DNA of 63,567 bases, filler included, from an uncultured archaeon (GTDB lineage: Archaea > Nanobdellota > Nanobdellia > Woesearchaeales > CAIVOO01): assembly GCA_903842985.1 (NCBI GenBank). It is 6 parts of 6 records of this genome, joined end to end, with 100 filler letters (N's around TTAATTAATTAA, not from the genome) between each part and the next. Parts side by side here need not be neighbours in the genome. Positions count along the whole stretch, not along the records: positions 50,095 to 63,567 come from CAIMOB010000019.1; 5 more parts are not named here. One strand, given 5' to 3'. How positions within the stretch are numbered: the first letter of the stretch is position 1; the number at the start of each line of letters is the position of its first letter. Both the position numbers and the translations under genes were made by a program. Below, piece after piece: positions 58,983 to 63,567 of this stretch. The notes below the pieces were generated by a model. The model did no database searches. It was given only the letters and a program-made list of their open reading frames with translations, and was not told the DNA's origin.

Positions 58983-59501
58983 TGCAGCAAAATCCCTCTC
59001 CATCTCCTTTCTTATCTTCGGGAACCTCATCCCTGCAGACGGATGGAACATCGGGATGTAAATCCTGTCCTTCTTTATTACCTTCCCATGCTGGCTTGAA
59101 ATGCCTTTCATGCCAAGAAGCGTGTTCAGCGCAGTCTCGCCAAGCAGGACAATTATTTTTGGATTGACCAGCTCAATCTGCTTATCCAGATAAGTCCTGC
59201 ACGCCCTGATTTCATCTGTCTTCGGCACCCTGTTGTTCGGCGGCCTGCATTTTATCACAGAGGTTATGAATACGCTATCTCTTCTTATCTTTGCAATTGC
59301 AAACAGTTCATCAAGAAATTCGCCGGATTTTCCGCAGAACGGCTCGCCTAATTCATCCTCCCTGTTTCCCGGCGCTTCGCCTATGAACATCAGCTTTGAT
59401 TCAGCGCTTCCTTCGCCTGGCACAGTATTTTTCCTCTCTTTCCAGAGCTCGCATCTCTTGCAAGCATTTATCTTCTCTGCCAGTTCTTTCAGCTCATCCA
59501 T
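58965..59501 (-). CDS. udg: Uracil-DNA glycosylase, family 4
   Basis: CKRC, GEAPG..ED..GEPF, KCRPPNNR, FHPS. Confidence 0.94.
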   Translation of the reverse strand: MDELKELAEKINACKRCELWKERKNTVPGEGSAESKLMFIGEAPGNREDELGEPFCGKSGEFLDELFAIAKIRRDSVFITSVIKCRPPNNRVPKTDEIRACRTYLDKQIELVNPKIIVLLGETALNTLLGMKGISSQHGKVIKKDRIYIPMFHPSAGMRFPKIRKEMERDFAALMEIL

Positions 59502-59932
59502 CTTGTCAGCCTGCTTTCCAAAAATTTTTCCGCCTTCTCAAATAATTTTTTGTCGTTCTTGAATGTCAGCCTTTCAACTGCTTTCTTGTATGGAAGCCAT
59601 TCATAATCATTGTGCTCAAAGCTCAGCGTCACTTTTTCCTTTTTTGTCTCAGCAATGAACCAAACCACTTCCTTGTAAACTGTCTCGCCTTCTTTTTTGT
59701 AGAAGAATTTTTCCTTTTCCTTGAACCCTTCAACGAATTTTAGGTCGTTAATTCCTGTCTCTTCTTTTATTTCTCTTGCAGCTGTTTCCTTTTCATCTTC
59801 GCCTTTCTCAACATTGCCCTTTGAGAAGCTCCACTGCTCCCTGTATTTTTCGTGCGCTTTCTTGTAGAGAAGCAGATACATCCTTTCCTTTTCCTGCCTG
59901 AAAACAACTGCGCCCGCTGATACCTCTTTCAT
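59489..59932 (-). CDS. Nudix hydrolase (Ap4A-hydrolase-like)
   Basis: SAGAVVF, KGNVEKGEDEKETAAREIKEETG, LSFEH; start reassigned to 59932. Confidence 0.9.
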   Translation of the reverse strand: MKEVSAGAVVFRQEKERMYLLLYKKAHEKYREQWSFSKGNVEKGEDEKETAAREIKEETGINDLKFVEGFKEKEKFFYKKEGETVYKEVVWFIAETKKEKVTLSFEHNDYEWLPYKKAVERLTFKNDKKLFEKAEKFLESRLTRWMS

Positions 59933-60005
59933 GGCAGAATAGGTGCTCTGGTTGTTTAAAAAGTTTTTGAAAAACTTTATATAGTCACGAGCCCCACTTG
60001 GTTTT

Positions 60006-60707
60006 ATGAAGCAATCCATCGAATCCCTAAAGACTGCTGTTAAAAACGTTCTTTCGAGCAAGATTGACATCTTCAAGCCGAAGTTTGATTTGGAGAATTT
60101 CAAGGACAAGAAGGCAGAGTACCACAAGAAAACAATCGAGCAGAGCATCAGGAACTTAAAATCATTTAACTTGTGCAATGAGCCGAATTCTGCAAAGATT
60201 GCTTCGCTTGTCAATGAGATTGATTCGCTTTACAGGGAAAAGAAGCTTGACAAAATAATTGACGCTGCTGAAGCGCTTTCAAAAATCCCATTTGCGCAGA
60301 AGGCTGTTTCAGGGCTGAAGATTGCTGTGCCGAAAGTTCCGCTTGAAATCTATTCTGAAATAAAGGCAGACGTGAATGAGCTTGAAAAATGCTTCAACTC
60401 AGACTGCTACCGCTCTGCGATTATCCTCTGCGGAAGGGTTCTTGAGACATCGCTGCACAGGAAATATTTTGATTTGACTGGCAAGGACATTCTTGAAACA
60501 AACCCAGGCATTGGGCTTGGGAACCTGATTGCGAAATTAATGGAAAAAGGGTTTGAATTCGGTCCGGGCGTGTCAGAGCAGATTCATTTGATTAATCAGG
60601 TACGAGTCTATTCTGTCCACAAAAAGCAGAGCGCTTTCCAGCCGACAAAGGAGCAGGCTCAGGCAATAATTCTTTACACAATGGACATAGTCAAGAAGAT
60701 ATTTTAA
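60006..60707 (+). CDS. DUF4145/HEPN-like protein
   Basis: YRSAIILCGRVLE..L; RVYSVH (Rx4H) motif. Confidence 0.75.
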   Translation: MKQSIESLKTAVKNVLSSKIDIFKPKFDLENFKDKKAEYHKKTIEQSIRNLKSFNLCNEPNSAKIASLVNEIDSLYREKKLDKIIDAAEALSKIPFAQKAVSGLKIAVPKVPLEIYSEIKADVNELEKCFNSDCYRSAIILCGRVLETSLHRKYFDLTGKDILETNPGIGLGNLIAKLMEKGFEFGPGVSEQIHLINQVRVYSVHKKQSAFQPTKEQAQAIILYTMDIVKKIF

Positions 60708-60733
60708 AAAATAAAAAATAAAAGAAAAAGCTT

Positions 60734-61111
60734 TTACTGCTCGTCTCCAAATTCTTCAGTTTCTTCGGATTCTTCAGCTTCTTCGCTTTCCTCTCCGAAT
60801 GATTCTGACTCTTCTGGAGCAGCTTCCTGTGATCTTTCTGCTGGAGCCTCTCCTTTTCCGACAACTTCGGCAAATCCGACTTTGCGGAAAACCTTTGTCA
60901 CTCTTATTTTGACATTTTCGCCTGCCTTGACTCCTGGCACGAAAAGCACGAAGCCGTTCTTCTTTGCTATTCCGTCTCCTTTTTCTCCAACAGCCTCGAT
61001 GATAACATCGAGTTCTTCGCCGACGCTTACCGGCGGCGTGTTTCTTTGAAACCCTCCTCTTCGCGGCCCTCCATAACTTCGGCCACCACCATATTCATTG
61101 TCTTCTCTCAT
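60734..61111 (-). CDS. Single-TRAM-domain RNA chaperone with acidic tail
   Basis: PPVSVGEELDVIIEAVGEKGDGIAKKNGFVLFVPG; start reassigned to 61111. Confidence 0.9.
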   Translation of the reverse strand: MREDNEYGGGRSYGGPRRGGFQRNTPPVSVGEELDVIIEAVGEKGDGIAKKNGFVLFVPGVKAGENVKIRVTKVFRKVGFAEVVGKGEAPAERSQEAAPEESESFGEESEEAEESEETEEFGDEQ

Positions 61112-61207
61112 ATTTAATTTACACCTTCCTTGAATTTTGGCATCATGGGATGCCTGCGAATCTGTTGATGGGAAGGGTTTATAAACTTTGTTGTTGATAT
61201 GCAATAT

Positions 61208-61909
61208 ATGAAAATCCTGCCGAAAATAGATATTATTGACCTTGCGCTCAGGATAGGCAACACCCTGATAATCGCAGACACACATATAGGATATGAAGAG
61301 GCGCTTAACAGGCAGGGCATACTTATTCCAAGGTTCCAGTTTGAGGAGATAATCAAAAGACTGAAAAAAATAGTTGGAAAGAAGAAATTTGACACAATAA
61401 TAATAAACGGGGACATAAAGCACGAGTTCGGCGAGATTTCAGAGCAGGAATGGAGAAATACGCTGAGGCTGCTAGATTTCCTATCAGAGCACACAAAGAA
61501 AATAATCCTGATTAAGGGCAACCACGACAAAATCATCGGTCCGATTGCAAGGAAAAGAAATATAGACGTTGTCAGCCATTACAAAATCAATGATATCTAT
61601 ATCTGCCACGGCGATAAGATGCCGAAAGATACAGCATTTGAGTCAGCAAAGACAGTAATTATAGGGCATCTGCATCCTGCCATCTCTTTAAGGGAAGGAG
61701 CAAGGACAGAAAAATTCAAATGCTATTTGAAAGGCAAATACAAGAGCAAAAATCTGATAATAATGCCTTCATTCAATCTTATTACTGAAGGCACAGATAT
61801 CACAAAAGAGAAGTTTTCAAACCCATTCATGAGAAATTTGGATGATTTTGATGTTTTCCTGGTTGAGGACAAAGTTTATAAGTTTGGAAAGGTCAAAGAC
61901 ATTAAATAA
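61208..61909 (+). CDS. Metallophosphoesterase (Lhr-associated MPE-like)
   Basis: ADTHIGYE, NGDIKH, GNHD, HGD, GHLHPA, MPSFN. Confidence 0.88.
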   Translation: MKILPKIDIIDLALRIGNTLIIADTHIGYEEALNRQGILIPRFQFEEIIKRLKKIVGKKKFDTIIINGDIKHEFGEISEQEWRNTLRLLDFLSEHTKKIILIKGNHDKIIGPIARKRNIDVVSHYKINDIYICHGDKMPKDTAFESAKTVIIGHLHPAISLREGARTEKFKCYLKGKYKSKNLIIMPSFNLITEGTDITKEKFSNPFMRNLDDFDVFLVEDKVYKFGKVKDIK

Positions 61910-61986
61910 TCCACTTAAGAGTAACAAACATAGAAAGGTTTATATATAAGCTACTCATTTTAAGATTTGTTGGGGTGTCAAATATA

Positions 61987-63402
61987 ATGAAAAAAACACT
62001 ATTAACCATATCTGTTTTGGCGATACTATTAAGCGCAGCTGTTGTATTTGCAGCTTCTTCAGTGAGCCTTCCTTCGTCTGTTATAGTCACAACTTCAGGA
62101 AGGAATGCCACTGCAACCCAGACATTCATAGTAAAGAATACTGGCAACACAACACTTTCAGGCATCAGCATAACATCTGATGCAGACTCAAAGTATAATG
62201 TTCAATTCTCAAATGTTCCTTTAACATTAAATGCAAGCGCAAGCAAGAGCGTAACAGTAAAAGCATACGCACCAGCTGACGAGTCGCTATCGCAGCACAG
62301 CATAGGAAACATAATTTTTAGCTCAAACAGTGTGACAAACAGCACTGCACTTAAACTAGATGTCCTAAGCAAACTTAGGATTTATGGAGTTAAGATAAGC
62401 ATAGGCAGTACTTCAGATACAATAACTACTGATGGAGATGACTTTGACCATGATAACAGTCTTCCTGGAAAAAGCTATTCTATTAGTGTAGAGGTCTGCA
62501 ACAAATTCACAGATAGCAGTGATAAGATAAAGAACATCAAGATAAAGGCAGTATTCCAAGGCATTGACGATGGCAATGATATTGAAGGAGAAGTTAGCGA
62601 GTTCACACTTAGTGGAGATGATTGCTCCTCATACAAGGTAGTTAAGATGGACCAGAACACAATACCTCTTCTGACTGATGAGGATTCATATGACCTAGAA
62701 ATCACTGCTGAAGGCGATGCCAGTAATGGAGATAGCTATAGTGAGTCATGGACAATACCTGTAAAAATCTACAGGGACAACGATCCATTAATGCTTTTTG
62801 ACACGACAGATGTGCTACCTTCGCAAATCACATGTTCAAGGCAAGCGACAATAGATGTTTCAGCCTACAATATTGGAGACAGTAATGATGAAGGAGTTCT
62901 TACAATCAAGAACTCAGAGCTTGGAATAAGCATAACAAAGTATTTCGAATTTGGAAACAGCCCAAGCGACGACTGCGATGCTATTGACAATCCTAGCGAT
63001 GGATGCATAGGATTTGACAAGTCATTCAATGTTGACCTGCCAAAAAATATTGCAGCAAAGTCATATCCAATTGATTTCAAGCTTTATTCCTCTACAACAA
63101 GGTTGATGAGCCAGAAAACAGTGAACCTGGATGTACTGGACTGCGGAACACAGGCAACAACAACCACATCTACAACATCCACGCCAACGACATCGGCAAC
63201 CACGACACAGACAACAACACCAGCAACTAATCCAAATGTTGTAGTTGTGACACAGCCTTCAACGACATCATCTGTAACAGGCGCGGCAGCGACAATAGTA
63301 AAGAAAGAAAGCACAAGCAAACTTTACATTGCAATACTTGTAACAGCAGATTTGGCAATCATAGCAATAATCATTTACCTGCTTACGCTGTTCATTATTT
63401 AA
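61987..63402 (+). CDS. S-layer-like surface glycoprotein with Ig-like domains, Thr-rich linker and C-terminal TM
   Basis: Signal peptide, VKNTGN and NIG Ig-type motifs, NxS/T sequons, poly-Thr tract, terminal hydrophobic helix. Confidence 0.8.
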   Translation: MKKTLLTISVLAILLSAAVVFAASSVSLPSSVIVTTSGRNATATQTFIVKNTGNTTLSGISITSDADSKYNVQFSNVPLTLNASASKSVTVKAYAPADESLSQHSIGNIIFSSNSVTNSTALKLDVLSKLRIYGVKISIGSTSDTITTDGDDFDHDNSLPGKSYSISVEVCNKFTDSSDKIKNIKIKAVFQGIDDGNDIEGEVSEFTLSGDDCSSYKVVKMDQNTIPLLTDEDSYDLEITAEGDASNGDSYSESWTIPVKIYRDNDPLMLFDTTDVLPSQITCSRQATIDVSAYNIGDSNDEGVLTIKNSELGISITKYFEFGNSPSDDCDAIDNPSDGCIGFDKSFNVDLPKNIAAKSYPIDFKLYSSTTRLMSQKTVNLDVLDCGTQATTTTSTTSTPTTSATTTQTTTPATNPNVVVVTQPSTTSSVTGAAATIVKKESTSKLYIAILVTADLAIIAIIIYLLTLFII

Positions 63403-63420
63403 TTTTTTTATTTAAGAATT

Positions 63421-63567
63421 TTATTTCTTTTCTATGAATTTCTTCATCCCACTTACAAATTCGTTTGCCTTTTTCAAGTAGCTGTCATACTGCTTGCCTG
63501 TAATACTCTTTATTTCCCTGTGCGTTATGCTCTTATAGGTCTCATAGAACAGGCGCATTGTTTCAAC
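63421..63567 (-). CDS. C-terminus of a gene entering from the right edge (HEPN-like helices)
   Basis: ...YKSITHREIKSITGKQYDSYLKKANEFVSGMKKFIEKK-stop. Confidence 0.55.
   Translation of the reverse strand, partial: VETMRLFYETYKSITHREIKSITGKQYDSYLKKANEFVSGMKKFIEKK

Noticed and set aside
61112..61177. CCTTCC/GGAAGG pairing as an RNA thermometer for the TRAM gene
   Set aside because: The anti-SD half lies directly beside the TATA box and is probably not transcribed; only a small GGCATC/GATGCC hairpin remains.
1..63567. CRISPR array, cas genes, integrase, transposase or reverse transcriptase
   Set aside because: No regularly spaced repeats or recognisable motifs for these were seen by eye.

Overview
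Draft-genome window from a DPANN archaeon, most likely Woesearchaeota (inferred from gene content, not phylogeny). It consists of six contigs joined by artificial 100-nt N/TTAATTAATTAA spacers, so gene order across the gaps is not reliable. Housekeeping genes include gyrA, the rps13-rps4-rps11-rpoD-tRNA-Leu-rpl18e-rpl13-rps9-rpoN-leuS operon, trpS, pgk, rnp4, and RNase P, SRP and 5S RNAs. DNA-repair genes include PolX, EndoV, XPD, Lhr, UDG, a Nudix hydrolase and a metallophosphoesterase. There is also an AT-rich surface-glycosylation cluster and two large surface proteins. Main unusual observations: (1) a gene at the left edge, missing from the ORF track, ends in a diversity-generating retroelement (DGR)-type variable region, IMH-like tract and GAA-loop hairpin; (2) gyrA carries an HNH intein with a Trp-repeat array at the GNFG|S site and is frameshifted at an A7 run; (3) LeuRS is a bacterial/archaeal hybrid with a Nudix domain inserted; (4) two tandem degenerate GGDEF-like paralogs share an operon with an EndoV that lacks a catalytic Asp; (5) the SRP RNA 3' end is duplicated, as an attachment-site scar would be. 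All calls come from reading the sequence by eye; no searches were run.
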